Source: Rudaea sp.
GTDB taxonomy: Bacteria > Pseudomonadota > Gammaproteobacteria > Xanthomonadales > Rhodanobacteraceae
Reading direction: 5' to 3'
Assembly: GCA_035493385.1 (NCBI GenBank)
Contig: DATJIL010000198.1
Coordinates: 1 to 47,565 of the forward strand
DNA: 47,565 nucleotides
The position numbers and the translations under genes are program-made. Shown piece by piece: positions 19,523 to 30,925 of the stretch; position 1 is the stretch's first letter; the number at the start of each line of letters is the position of its first letter. The notes beneath the pieces were generated by a model. The model worked only from the letters and a program-made list of their open reading frames with translations, was not told where the DNA came from and made no database searches.

Positions 19523-21293
19523 CCTTTACCTGTTCCGCGATAAACGCCTTGATGTGGTCTTCCAGCACCGGCAGCGGTACCGAACCGGTTTCGAGCACCG
19601 CGTCGTGGAATTTGCGGATATCGAATTTCGACCCGAGTTCCTTTTCGGCAAGCTGGCGCAGTTCGAGGATCTTCAATTCGCCGAGCTTGTAGGACAGCGC
19701 CTGTCCCGGCCAGGAGATGTAGCGGTCGACTTCGGTTTCCACCTCGTGCTGGCTGAGCGCGGTGTGGTCGGCGAGGTACTGGATCGCCTGCTCGCGCGTC
19801 CAGCCCAGGTGATGCACGCCGGTATCGATGACCAGACGCGCGGCGCGCCACATGTCGTAGGACTCGCGTCCGAAGTCGTCATAAGGCGTGAGGTAGATCC
19901 CCATCTCCTTGCCGAGCTGCTCGCAGTACAGCGCCCAACCTTCGCCGTAGGCGGAAATGTAGGCCTTGCGGAATTCCGGCAGGCCTTGTTGTTCCTCGAC
20001 CAGTTCGCCCTGCAGGGCGTGGCCGGGCGCGGATTCGTGCAGGGTCAGCGCGGTCAGGTTGTACAGCGGACGCGACTGCAGGTCGTAGGTGTTCACCCAG
20101 TAGGTGTGCGAGCCGCCGCGACCGGCGGTCCAGAACGGTGCGATCGCCGCCGGCACCGGCTCGATGCCGAAGCGTCCGCGCGGGAGCTTGCCGAAATACT
20201 GTCCCAGTTTCGCGTCGACGCGCTTGGCGATCCACGAGGCGTGCATGAGCAACTCATCCGGCGTCTTGACGTAAAAGCGCGGATCGCTGCGCAGGAAATG
20301 CAGGAATGCCGGCATGTCGCCGCTGAAACCCGTCGCCTTCATCGTTGCATCCATTTCTTTCTGGATGCGGTCGACCTCTTTCAGGCCGATGGCGTGGATC
20401 GCGTCGGGGGCGAGGTCGAGCGTGGTGTATTCGCTGATCTGCTGGCGGTAGTAGGCCTTGCCGTCCGGCAGCGCTTCAGCCGCGAGCGTGCTGCGCGCGC
20501 CCGGCACGTATTCGTCGCGGAAAAACTTCAGCAGCTTCGCGTAGGACGGAATCACCTTGTCGCGAATCGCATCCGCGCACGCCTTTTGCAATTTCGCCTG
20601 TTCGTCGGCGGGAATCGTCGTGGGCAGCGACTTGAACGGCTTGTAGAAATCGCTGTCCTGTGGCGACTTCACATTCATGTACGTGGAAATCGAGACATCG
20701 CGGCCGGCGAGCACTTCACGCGGCACGGAAAAGCCGCGCTTGAGTCCCGCGCGCATGTTGACGATGTTCTCGTCGAACCAGCGCGGCACGTCGTTCAGAA
20801 GTGCGATGAAGTTCTGCGCATCCTTGACCGTGCGCAGATGCCGGCCCGACATGAAACCCAGATCCGACCAGAACTGCGAATCGGCGTTGAACGGCATCTC
20901 GTACTGGCGAAAGTGCACGTCCGCGGCCAGGTTCTCGATCTGCGGCTTGTAGACCTCGTAGTTGATGCGGTCGGCGGGCGCGAGCTTGCCGACGGGAATC
21001 GATGCGAGCTTCGCCAGCACGTCGTTCCAGTATTTCAGGCGCGCATCCTGCGCGGCCGCATCCACGCGCGGCAGGCGATCGGGAACGGCCGCGGTCGCAC
21101 TGTCGTCGTCGCCGCCGGGAAACTGCGCCTGCCGCCATTTCCATTCGGCGCTGTAGATCGCGACGAACTTCGCATCGGCCGATCCCGGCGCGGGCGCGGC
21201 GGTTTGCGCGCAGGCGCAATCGGGCGCATCCGCCCAAGCGGGAATCGTCAACGCAAGACCGAGCGCGAGCGACAAGGACACGTAGAATTTCAT
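19509..21293 (-). CDS. DUF885 family exported protein
   Basis: Signal peptide; [48 protein letters not shown]. Confidence 0.92.
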   Translation of the reverse strand: MKFYVSLSLALGLALTIPAWADAPDCACAQTAAPAPGSADAKFVAIYSAEWKWRQAQFPGGDDDSATAAVPDRLPRVDAAAQDARLKYWNDVLAKLASIPVGKLAPADRINYEVYKPQIENLAADVHFRQYEMPFNADSQFWSDLGFMSGRHLRTVKDAQNFIALLNDVPRWFDENIVNMRAGLKRGFSVPREVLAGRDVSISTYMNVKSPQDSDFYKPFKSLPTTIPADEQAKLQKACADAIRDKVIPSYAKLLKFFRDEYVPGARSTLAAEALPDGKAYYRQQISEYTTLDLAPDAIHAIGLKEVDRIQKEMDATMKATGFSGDMPAFLHFLRSDPRFYVKTPDELLMHASWIAKRVDAKLGQYFGKLPRGRFGIEPVPAAIAPFWTAGRGGSHTYWVNTYDLQSRPLYNLTALTLHESAPGHALQGELVEEQQGLPEFRKAYISAYGEGWALYCEQLGKEMGIYLTPYDDFGRESYDMWRAARLVIDTGVHHLGWTREQAIQYLADHTALSQHEVETEVDRYISWPGQALSYKLGELKILELRQLAEKELGSKFDIRKFHDAVLETGSVPLPVLEDHIKAFIAEQVKAGKS

Positions 21294-21400
21294 CACGATC
21301 TCCATGCAGGCGCGGCGATCATCGCACCTTCGCCGTTGCCACGCACAGGCCATTCGTCGGGCATGCGACAATGCACGAACGCAAAAACCCGGGCCGCGCC

Positions 21401-22429
21401 ATGACTTCACCGTCGTCGAACAAGCCGATTTCCTTGACCCGTTTCCTGATCGAGGAGCAACGCGACAAGGGGCATATCAATTCCGATTTGCGCCTGCTCA
21501 TCGAGGTAGTCGCGCGCGCCTGCAAATCGATTTCCATTGCCGTCGGCCGCGGCGCGCTCGGCGGGGTACTCGGTAGCGCCGGTACGGAAAACGTGCAGGG
21601 CGAGGTGCAGAAAAAACTCGACGTGCTGTCGAACGAAATCCTGCTCGAAGCGAACGAATGGGGCGGACACCTGGCCGCGCTGGCGTCCGAGGAAATGGAC
21701 GATCCGCATCCGATCCCGCACCGCTATCCGAAGGGCGAATACCTGCTCGTGTTCGATCCTCTGGACGGCTCCTCGAACATCGACGTGAACATCTCCGTCG
21801 GCACCATCTTCTCGGTGCTGCGCTGCCCGGCCGGCGTGAAGGAGGCCGACGAAAAAGCGTTCCTGCAACCGGGCACGCAGCAGGTCGCCGCCGGCTACGC
21901 GGTGTACGGATCGAGCACGATGCTGGTGCTCACGCTCGGCGACGGCGTGCACGCATTCACGCTCGACCGCGAGATCGGCAGCTTCATGCTCACGCAACGC
22001 AATCTGCGCATTCCCGAGGACACGCGGGAATTCGCGATCAACATGTCGAACCTGCGCCACTGGGAAGCGCCGATGCGGCGCTACATCGAGGAACTGCTGG
22101 CCGGCAAGAGCGGTCCGCGCGGTGCGGATTTCAACATGCGTTGGGTCGCAAGTATGGTGGCCGACGTGCACCGCATCGTCTGCCGCGGCGGCATCTTCGT
22201 CTATCCATTGGACGCGAAGATCAAGGACAAGGGCGGCAAGCTGCGCCTGATGTACGAGGCCAATCCAATGGCCTTCATCGTCGAGCAGGCCGGCGGCATG
22301 GCCACCGATGGTCAGGGCCGGATCATGGAGATCGTGCCGCAGCGGCTGCACCAGCGCGTGCCGGTGTTTCTCGGCTCGAAGAACGAGATCGAGCGCGTGA
22401 CACAGTATCACCGCGAGGCAATGGGTTAG
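21401..22429 (+). CDS. fbp: Fructose-1,6-bisphosphatase class 1
   Basis: [46 protein letters not shown]. Confidence 0.97.
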   Translation: MTSPSSNKPISLTRFLIEEQRDKGHINSDLRLLIEVVARACKSISIAVGRGALGGVLGSAGTENVQGEVQKKLDVLSNEILLEANEWGGHLAALASEEMDDPHPIPHRYPKGEYLLVFDPLDGSSNIDVNISVGTIFSVLRCPAGVKEADEKAFLQPGTQQVAAGYAVYGSSTMLVLTLGDGVHAFTLDREIGSFMLTQRNLRIPEDTREFAINMSNLRHWEAPMRRYIEELLAGKSGPRGADFNMRWVASMVADVHRIVCRGGIFVYPLDAKIKDKGGKLRLMYEANPMAFIVEQAGGMATDGQGRIMEIVPQRLHQRVPVFLGSKNEIERVTQYHREAMG

Positions 22430-23499
22430 AACAACTCGCCCTGCGGCGTTATCTTGCGCGGCGCGATAAAGCTGGCGCAATCCAGGGTCAGGTTGCGCCC
22501 GCGCGCAAGGCCCAGCCGGCGCGTGGCCACGGCAAAGCGCTGGCGGATCAACTCGGCGAATTCGCCTTCGCCGCGCATGCGCTTGCCGAAGCGCGGATCG
22601 TTGTCGCGACCGCCGCGCATCTGCCGCACCAGGCTCAGCACATGCTCGGCGCGCTCGGGAAAATGCAGTTCCAGCCATTCGCGCACGAGCTGCTTCAATT
22701 CCCAGGGCAGGCGCAGGATGGTGTAGCCGGCCATTTGCGCGCCGGCTTCGCGCGCACGTTCGAGGATTTGTTCCATCCAACGATCGGTGAGCATCGGAAT
22801 GACCGGCGCAACCAGCACGCCGCAGGGCACACCGGCCTCGCTCAGCGCCTTGAGCACGGCGATGCGCCGGTGCGGTGCGCTGGCGCGCGGCTCGAGTCTG
22901 GACGAGAGCTTGTTGTCGAGCGAGGTCACCGACACGAAAACGTAGACCAGGTTCTGCTGTGCGAGCGGCACCAGCAAATCCAGATCGCGCTCGACCAGCG
23001 CATTCTTGGTCACGATGCTGACCGGATGCCGTTGTTCGAGCATGGCTTGCAGGATCTGCCGCGTGATCCGGTAGCGGCGTTCGATTGGCTGATAGGGATC
23101 GGTGTTGGCGCCGAGGTTGATTGGGCTTACGCGATAGCCTGGCCTGGTCCATTCGCTGCGCAGCAATTCCGCCGCATTCGTCTTGGCGAATAGCTTCGTC
23201 TCGAAATCGAGTCCGGGCGAAAGATTCAGGTAGGCGTGCGAAGGCCGTGCATAGCAGTAGATGCAGCCGTGCTCGCACCCGCGATAGGGATTGATGCTTT
23301 GCGCGAAGGGGATATCGGGCGAATCGTTGCGGCTGATGATGCCGCGCGCGCGTTCTTCCGTGACCTGCGTGGCCGGATGCGGCGCGGGTTCGGACTCGCG
23401 TTCCCAGCCATCGTCGACGGCCTCGCGTGCGACCGTTTCGAAGCGACCTTCGGGATTCGAGGCCGCGCCGCGGCCCTTGATGCGAACGGGCTGATCCAT
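22426..23499 (-). CDS. PA0069-family radical SAM protein
   Basis: KGRGA start; [16 protein letters not shown] (CxxxCxxC); NTDPYQPIE. Confidence 0.93.
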   Translation of the reverse strand: MDQPVRIKGRGAASNPEGRFETVAREAVDDGWERESEPAPHPATQVTEERARGIISRNDSPDIPFAQSINPYRGCEHGCIYCYARPSHAYLNLSPGLDFETKLFAKTNAAELLRSEWTRPGYRVSPINLGANTDPYQPIERRYRITRQILQAMLEQRHPVSIVTKNALVERDLDLLVPLAQQNLVYVFVSVTSLDNKLSSRLEPRASAPHRRIAVLKALSEAGVPCGVLVAPVIPMLTDRWMEQILERAREAGAQMAGYTILRLPWELKQLVREWLELHFPERAEHVLSLVRQMRGGRDNDPRFGKRMRGEGEFAELIRQRFAVATRRLGLARGRNLTLDCASFIAPRKITPQGELF

Positions 23500-23542
23500 C
23501 CATAACATGCTACGCCGTGCCTGTCTCAGCCGGCGCGACGTG

Positions 23543-24151
23543 CTACTTCGCCGGCAGCGTGCGCGGCCCGGTTCCGGTCAGTCGTCGCCAGAGGCCTGCG
23601 AGGAAGCGGAACAGTTTCGGTAGCAGCCAAACCAGCAGCACGAAAAATGCCGCCAGCAGAACCAGAAACGCCAGCGGGTGCCGGAACACCAGCCACAGGC
23701 CGGCGACGAGGATGCCATCCTCGGAAAAACTCAGCGTCCAGTTGCTGAAGGGTTCCGGGGAAGTATTGATCGCTGCGCGCGTTCCCATCTTGGCCAAGTG
23801 CGTGCCGCCGGCGATGGCGCCGCCGAGGATCGCCGCGGCCAGCTGCACATCCGGCGCCGAATCGCCCATCGCACCCCAGGCGAGCATGGCGCCGATCGGA
23901 ATGCGGATGAAGGTGTGGATCGCATCCCAGGCCGAATCAACGGCCGGAACCTTGTCGGCCAGGAACTCGACCACAAGCATGAAGCCGGAGGCACCAAGCA
24001 CCCAGTTGTGCTCGAGCAGTTGCAGGTGTTCGGGCACGTGCACATAACCCAAGCGTCCTAGCAAGCCAACAATGAAGATGGCCGCGTACAGGCGGATGCC
24101 GCTGGCCCAGGCCAGGCCCGCCGCGAGCGCCAGGGATTGCAGGTTTTCCAT
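23543..24151 (-). CDS. DUF4126-family membrane protein
   Basis: AWASGIRLYA, EFLADKVP..DSAWD..HTFIR, NTSPEPFSNW; GGAGAGG RBS. Confidence 0.88.
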   Translation of the reverse strand: MENLQSLALAAGLAWASGIRLYAAIFIVGLLGRLGYVHVPEHLQLLEHNWVLGASGFMLVVEFLADKVPAVDSAWDAIHTFIRIPIGAMLAWGAMGDSAPDVQLAAAILGGAIAGGTHLAKMGTRAAINTSPEPFSNWTLSFSEDGILVAGLWLVFRHPLAFLVLLAAFFVLLVWLLPKLFRFLAGLWRRLTGTGPRTLPAK

Positions 24152-24302
24152 CGTCCTCTCCAAACGATGCACGCGGCGCGACGATACTACGCGCGTTGCC
24201 TGAATGCCGCCCATCGGCTCCACGCCGCGGCTTGACGGCGGTCGCTCGCATCCATTGCCGCGCTGTGGCAGCATCGCACCGGTTGCGTCATGGGGACAAG
24301 TC

Positions 24303-24560
24303 ATGCGCTGGATACTTCTCGTGCTTGCGGTGCTGGGATTTGCCTTGGGGTTCTCGACGAAGTCGTCGGGTTTGATGGGATTGGGTTTCGTGCTCGGCTT
24401 CGTGTTTGTATTCGCGGCGTTCTTCGCCTTCGCCGCCGCGCGTGTGGAGGCGAACAGCCGTCCGGACTCGACCCTGCTCACCGACAAGGACATCGCCACG
24501 CTGCGCGCCAGCATGCGCAAGCGGCCGCCGACAGGCACGCCGCCGGCGAATCCGGCCTGA
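24303..24560 (+). CDS. Small two-TM hypothetical membrane protein
   Basis: MRWILLVLAVLGFALGF..., two hydrophobic helices, GGGGA upstream. Confidence 0.7.
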   Translation: MRWILLVLAVLGFALGFSTKSSGLMGLGFVLGFVFVFAAFFAFAAARVEANSRPDSTLLTDKDIATLRASMRKRPPTGTPPANPA

Positions 24561-24638
24561 GCGAACGCCGCCCGTCGCGGGTTTCCCGCGCCATCGAATC
24601 GGAATAGAGTGCGGTTTTACCTTCGGTAGACTGCCGCC

Positions 24639-26575
<1,937 letters not shown>

Positions 26576-26579
<4 letters not shown>

Positions 26580-27214
26580 CCGGTCTCACTGCGGCGGACT
26601 TCGCGCCGGCCTCACCGCCGCAGCCGCTGACCGGCAACGAAGTCCATTTGTGGTTTTTTCCACAATGGGAAAGGACGCCGGACGCCGCCCTGTCGGCGCC
26701 CGTGCGTTCACTGCTCGCGGCATACCTGGGCCAGTCCGGCGCAAGCGTCCGCATCGAACGCGGCGAGCACGGCAAGCCGAGCGTGGCCGCTGCGGAACTG
26801 GAATTCAACCTGTCGCACGCCGGCGGCGCGCTGTTGCTGGGAATCAGCCGCCGGATCGCACTCGGCGTCGATCTGGAATCGACCCGACGCAGGACCCGGC
26901 CCGTGGCGGAACTGGCACGGCGTTTCTTCGCGCCGGTGGAGGCCAGCGCACTCGCAGCGCTCCCGCAAAGCCTGCAGCAAGACACCTTCCTGCGCCTGTG
27001 GTGCGCCAAGGAAGCCGCGCTCAAGGCGCATGGCCGCGGCATCGGGTTTGGCCTCGAACGCTTCGAATTTGCGCTCGATGCCGCGGGTGGAGTCGCCCCG
27101 GCTGCCGGCAATCCCTGGCAGATCGTCGTGCTCGCCCCTTCGCCGGAGCATGTCGGCGCGCTGGCCCACGCCGGGCTGGTCAGCCGGGTTTGCGCGTTCG
27201 TCGCCCGGAACTGA
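26576..27214 (+). CDS. Sfp-type 4'-phosphopantetheinyl transferase
   Basis: [31 protein letters not shown] start overlaps the acs stop (GTGA). Confidence 0.9.
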
Positions 27215-27281
27215 CCCGGGCATTGCCCATTGCGGGCAATAAGGCTAAGTTTCCCTATTCCGCACGCACGGGCTCCACGCC

Positions 27282-28922
27282 ATGTGGAAATGGCTGCGCA
27301 ACATCGTCTTGCTCGCGATCATCCTGGCCGGAGCGCTCAAGCTCGCAGCTTGGTATGCGGTCGGCCACGATGCGCAACGCGTGGTCGATGCGCTCGCACC
27401 CTACGCCGAAATCAAGTACGCCGGACTTGCCGCCGGGCTGGACGGCAGCGTGACCATCACCGGCATGAGCGTGGCCCCGAAGGGCGGCCACCGCATTTAC
27501 CGCGCGGACAGCGTGGCATTCGATTCGCCCGGGTTGTTCTGGCTGCTCAAACACGCACTGCTGCACGAAAACGATCTGCCGGCGCAATTCGGCCTTGGCA
27601 TGACCGGGCTGACCCTGCCGCCCGAACCGTGGCTCGATCCGTTGTGGCTCGATCCCGCAACCTTCACTGTATTTGCGTCGGCCGGTTGCGAATCGCGCCT
27701 GGGCAGCAGCGATTATCGGCGCATGGAGCTGGATCCGACGACGCCATCGCGCCAGCGCTTCGAGTACCGCTACGACGCCAACCAGCACACGCTCGCCGCC
27801 ACGCTGAGCCTGTCCGCCCCGGGATTCGCCACGCTGGCGCTGGAGGCGGATCTGAGCCGCTTCGATCCGGCCAAGCTGATGCAGCCGAAATTCTTGGACA
27901 CCGCACACTTCGACCTGCTTTCGGCAACTTACACCGATCACGGCTTCATGCAACGCCGTGACGCCTATTGCGCGAAACGCGTGGACCTGGACACGCAGCA
28001 ATTTTCCGACCGGCACATTGCCGCGGTGCAGGCGCTGTTGCTCAAGGCCCGCATCCAACCCGTGGACGAGGTCATGCAGATGTACCGCAGTCTGGCCGCG
28101 CACGGCGGCAGCCTGCGCCTGCTGAGTCTTCCGAACGCCGTGTTTTCGGTGAGCGCCTGGGACACGACCTCGCGCGAGGACCTGCTGCGCCAGCTCAATG
28201 TCACGGCGCGCTATCAGGACAAGCCGCCAATCATGTTCCGGCTCGCCTTCCTGCCGGCTCCCGAATCGGCTCCGCCGTTGCCGGAAGAATCCGCCACGGC
28301 CGCGCTGCCGGTTCCGCCTGCCGCACCCGGCAATCCCGCGACCCCGCCGCCGCCGAATCTAGCGCCCGCGCCGACAAATCCGCCACCTTCTCCGGTGGCC
28401 ACTGCGGCCGTGGCACCGCCACCCGCGCCGGCAGCCAAGGAATCCGCAGCCGGGACAAAACCCGTTGCCGCCCCGTCGGTCGCTGCGATCGCGGCGCCGG
28501 CCGCCAGCCCGGTTCCGGAAAAATCCACCGCTCCCATCGCCAACCCGAAGCCGGAAGATTTCCTGGATCGCGCCGAAGCGAAGTTGCTGCCGCCGAAACC
28601 CGTGGCACCGGTCGACACGACAGCCTCCGCGGGGGCACCCACCACGTCCACGCAAGCCTTGATCTGGAAGCCCGGCATCGTCGAAGAATTGCCCGAAGCC
28701 ACGCCGCTGCAAAAAGACTACAGCGTCGTCGAATTTTCCAGCCTGCCGCAGTTGGCCGGTCGCCACATCCGCCTGATCACGGTCGGAGGCAAGCAGATCG
28801 AAGGCTTCGTCGCCTCCGCGGACGAGCATCGCCTGCAACTGCGCATCGAACGCGGCGGCGGCCACGCGCTGATTGCGATCAACCGCGACGGCATCTCCCA
28901 GGTACAGCTGCTGCACTGGTAG
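27282..28922 (+). CDS. Hypothetical membrane-anchored protein with Pro/Ala-rich linker and small C-terminal beta domain
   Basis: N-terminal hydrophobic anchor; 546-aa ORF filling the gap with host-like codon usage. Confidence 0.8.
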   Translation: MWKWLRNIVLLAIILAGALKLAAWYAVGHDAQRVVDALAPYAEIKYAGLAAGLDGSVTITGMSVAPKGGHRIYRADSVAFDSPGLFWLLKHALLHENDLPAQFGLGMTGLTLPPEPWLDPLWLDPATFTVFASAGCESRLGSSDYRRMELDPTTPSRQRFEYRYDANQHTLAATLSLSAPGFATLALEADLSRFDPAKLMQPKFLDTAHFDLLSATYTDHGFMQRRDAYCAKRVDLDTQQFSDRHIAAVQALLLKARIQPVDEVMQMYRSLAAHGGSLRLLSLPNAVFSVSAWDTTSREDLLRQLNVTARYQDKPPIMFRLAFLPAPESAPPLPEESATAALPVPPAAPGNPATPPPPNLAPAPTNPPPSPVATAAVAPPPAPAAKESAAGTKPVAAPSVAAIAAPAASPVPEKSTAPIANPKPEDFLDRAEAKLLPPKPVAPVDTTASAGAPTTSTQALIWKPGIVEELPEATPLQKDYSVVEFSSLPQLAGRHIRLITVGGKQIEGFVASADEHRLQLRIERGGGHALIAINRDGISQVQLLHW

Positions 28923-28926
28923 CGGC

Positions 28927-28955
28927 TGCAACGATTCGCCCGCCAACTACGTCTA
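28927..28955 (+). promoter_or_regulatory. ECF-type promoter upstream of the sigma gene
   Basis: TGCAAC-N17-CGTCTA, ending 7 nt before the GTG at 28963. Confidence 0.6.
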
Positions 28956-28962
28956 GGCTGCA

Positions 28963-29535
28963 GTGAACGAGAGGTCGGCCACGGGATTCGCCAAGGACAT
29001 CGACGCGATGACCTTGGCGCGCGCGCAGCGCGGCGACATGGCGGCGTTCGAGGAAATTTACCGATGCTACGGGCGCGCCTGCTTCCAACTGGCGCTGCGC
29101 CTGAGCGGACAGCGCCAGTTGGCAGAGGACCTGGTGCACGAGGCATTCCTGAAAATGATGGATACAATCTCCAGTTATCGCGGCGAAGCGCCGTTCGGCG
29201 CCTGGTTCAAGCGCCTGACCGCGAACCTGAGCATCGACTGGCTGCGCCGCCAGCGCCATTTGGCCGATACCGGCATGGAGGCGATGTTCGAGCAAATCGC
29301 GGCGATCGGACCTGACCCGGCCGGTCTCGTCGATGCCGACTCCCTGCTCGCGCAGCTGCCGCCGCGCGCACGCGCGATCGTCGTGTTGCATGAACTGGAA
29401 GGCTACACGCACGCCGAGCTTGCGGCGCTGTTCGGACAGAGCGAAAGCTATTCCAAATCCATCCTGGCACGTGCGCTCAAGCGACTGCACGTGCTCGCCG
29501 CCTCCGCGGCATCCCGAACACAGGTGGCGTTATGA
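28963..29535 (+). CDS. ECF-family RNA polymerase sigma factor
   Basis: Region 2 (AEDLVHEAF...FGAWFKRLTAN..IDWLRR) and region 4 (LHELEGYTHAELA). Confidence 0.92.
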   Translation: MNERSATGFAKDIDAMTLARAQRGDMAAFEEIYRCYGRACFQLALRLSGQRQLAEDLVHEAFLKMMDTISSYRGEAPFGAWFKRLTANLSIDWLRRQRHLADTGMEAMFEQIAAIGPDPAGLVDADSLLAQLPPRARAIVVLHELEGYTHAELAALFGQSESYSKSILARALKRLHVLAASAASRTQVAL

Positions 29536-29999
29536 ACGAGCACGAATTGAACTTGCGCGATCTCGCCGCGCGCTTGCCTGCATCCGCGACCACGCACATG
29601 CCGCCCGCGGATTTGTGGCCGCGCATCGCGGCGACGCACCTGGCTCGGCACCGGCAGCGGCGTGGGCGACGCTTGGCGATCGCCGGCGGCGCACTCGCGC
29701 TGGTCGCCGCACTGGCATTCACGGCCAGCACCTGGCGGCATGCCGCCACGCCGGCAATCGATTGGCAGGCACGCGCACAAGCGCTGGAATTGCAGCTGGA
29801 TGCCCTGCCGACGCCGGCTGCCAGCGAACCGCTGGCACGACTGGCCGAAACCGAACTCGCACGCCTGGACGGCAATCTGCAAGCCGCCTACGACCGTGGT
29901 GCGCCACCGCGCGACCTCGACCCGTTGTGGCAGCGCCGCAGCGAATTGCTCGATGCCCTGCTCTCGGTGCGCCGGCAAGGCCATTCTTCCCGGATTTGA
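29532..29999 (+). CDS. Putative single-TM anti-sigma factor
   Basis: ATGA overlap with the sigma gene; PPADLWPRI motif, basic patch, one TM segment, helical C-terminus. Confidence 0.7.
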   Translation: MNEHELNLRDLAARLPASATTHMPPADLWPRIAATHLARHRQRRGRRLAIAGGALALVAALAFTASTWRHAATPAIDWQARAQALELQLDALPTPAASEPLARLAETELARLDGNLQAAYDRGAPPRDLDPLWQRRSELLDALLSVRRQGHSSRI

Positions 30000-30007
30000 G
30001 ACACCTC

Positions 30008-30793
30008 ATGAACCCACGCATCGCACTCGCTTCCATCCTGCTGCTGTGTTCGGCGGCGGCCAGCGCCGCATCGCCGTCCGCGGCGCTCGGACTGCTCGTG
30101 GACTCGACCAGCGCACAGGCCGCCCACGATGGTCTGCGCGTGCTCGGCACCACGCCCGGCAGTGTCGCCGACCAGCTCGGCCTGCGCCCGGGCGACGTGC
30201 TCGTCGACGTCAACGGCGTCTCGCTCGCGAACCTCGGTGCCGACCCCGGCGGCCGTGCGCTTGCCGCGGCGACACTCAATTCCTCCCTCGCCGGTCTGGC
30301 GCCCGCTGCACCCCTGCGCCTGCGCGTGCTGCGCAACGGCGTGATGCTGGCCATGAATTCGCCGCAGCGTACCGCCGCCGCGGTGGATTCCGTGGTGCCG
30401 GCCGAAGCGGTTGCGGATGCGTCGGCCTCGGGCAGCTGCGGGCGCATCAGCACGTTCGACGTCGCGCCACGCAACCAGCATTTGTATGGCGCCACGATCC
30501 TGCTCCTCGACGGCGTGACGCCCGGGCCGAGCGGGACGCCGTCGTTCCGCGTCAGCGCCGGAACGCACAAATTGCTGGTCGCCGAAAAAATTCCAACCCG
30601 GGAAATGGGCGTCGGGCCCTACGCTTCGCTGCGCTCGCGTCGCGACAACAGCAAGGAACTCACGGTGACGGTGAAACCGAACACCACCGCGCTGCTGGCT
30701 GCGCGGCTAAACACGGAAAAAGCCGCGGATTTCGCCCACGGCGCGTATTGGGACCCGGTGATCTGGCGCGAAATAGCGGAAAACTGCCGCTGA
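30008..30793 (+). CDS. Exported PDZ-domain protein
   Basis: Signal peptide; GLRVLGTTPGSVADQLGLRPGDVLVDVNG PDZ signature; Cys-flanked C-terminal domain. Confidence 0.85.
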   Translation: MNPRIALASILLLCSAAASAASPSAALGLLVDSTSAQAAHDGLRVLGTTPGSVADQLGLRPGDVLVDVNGVSLANLGADPGGRALAAATLNSSLAGLAPAAPLRLRVLRNGVMLAMNSPQRTAAAVDSVVPAEAVADASASGSCGRISTFDVAPRNQHLYGATILLLDGVTPGPSGTPSFRVSAGTHKLLVAEKIPTREMGVGPYASLRSRRDNSKELTVTVKPNTTALLAARLNTEKAADFAHGAYWDPVIWREIAENCR

Positions 30794-30798
30794 GCGCA

Positions 30799-30825
30799 GA
30801 ACTTTTTCCACGTCGCCGAGTCGAA
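30799..30825 (+). promoter_or_regulatory. RpoE/AlgU-type promoter
   Basis: GAACTT-N16-TCGAA, matching the GAACTT-N16-TCnnA consensus. Confidence 0.55.
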
Positions 30826-30925
30826 TGCCACACACTCCCGCAGGACGTCGCCACATGGACGTGGCCATTGCGCGCGTCCGCATCGGCTATGCTTGGCGCG
30901 ATGACACCGGCGTGGCGATGATCCG

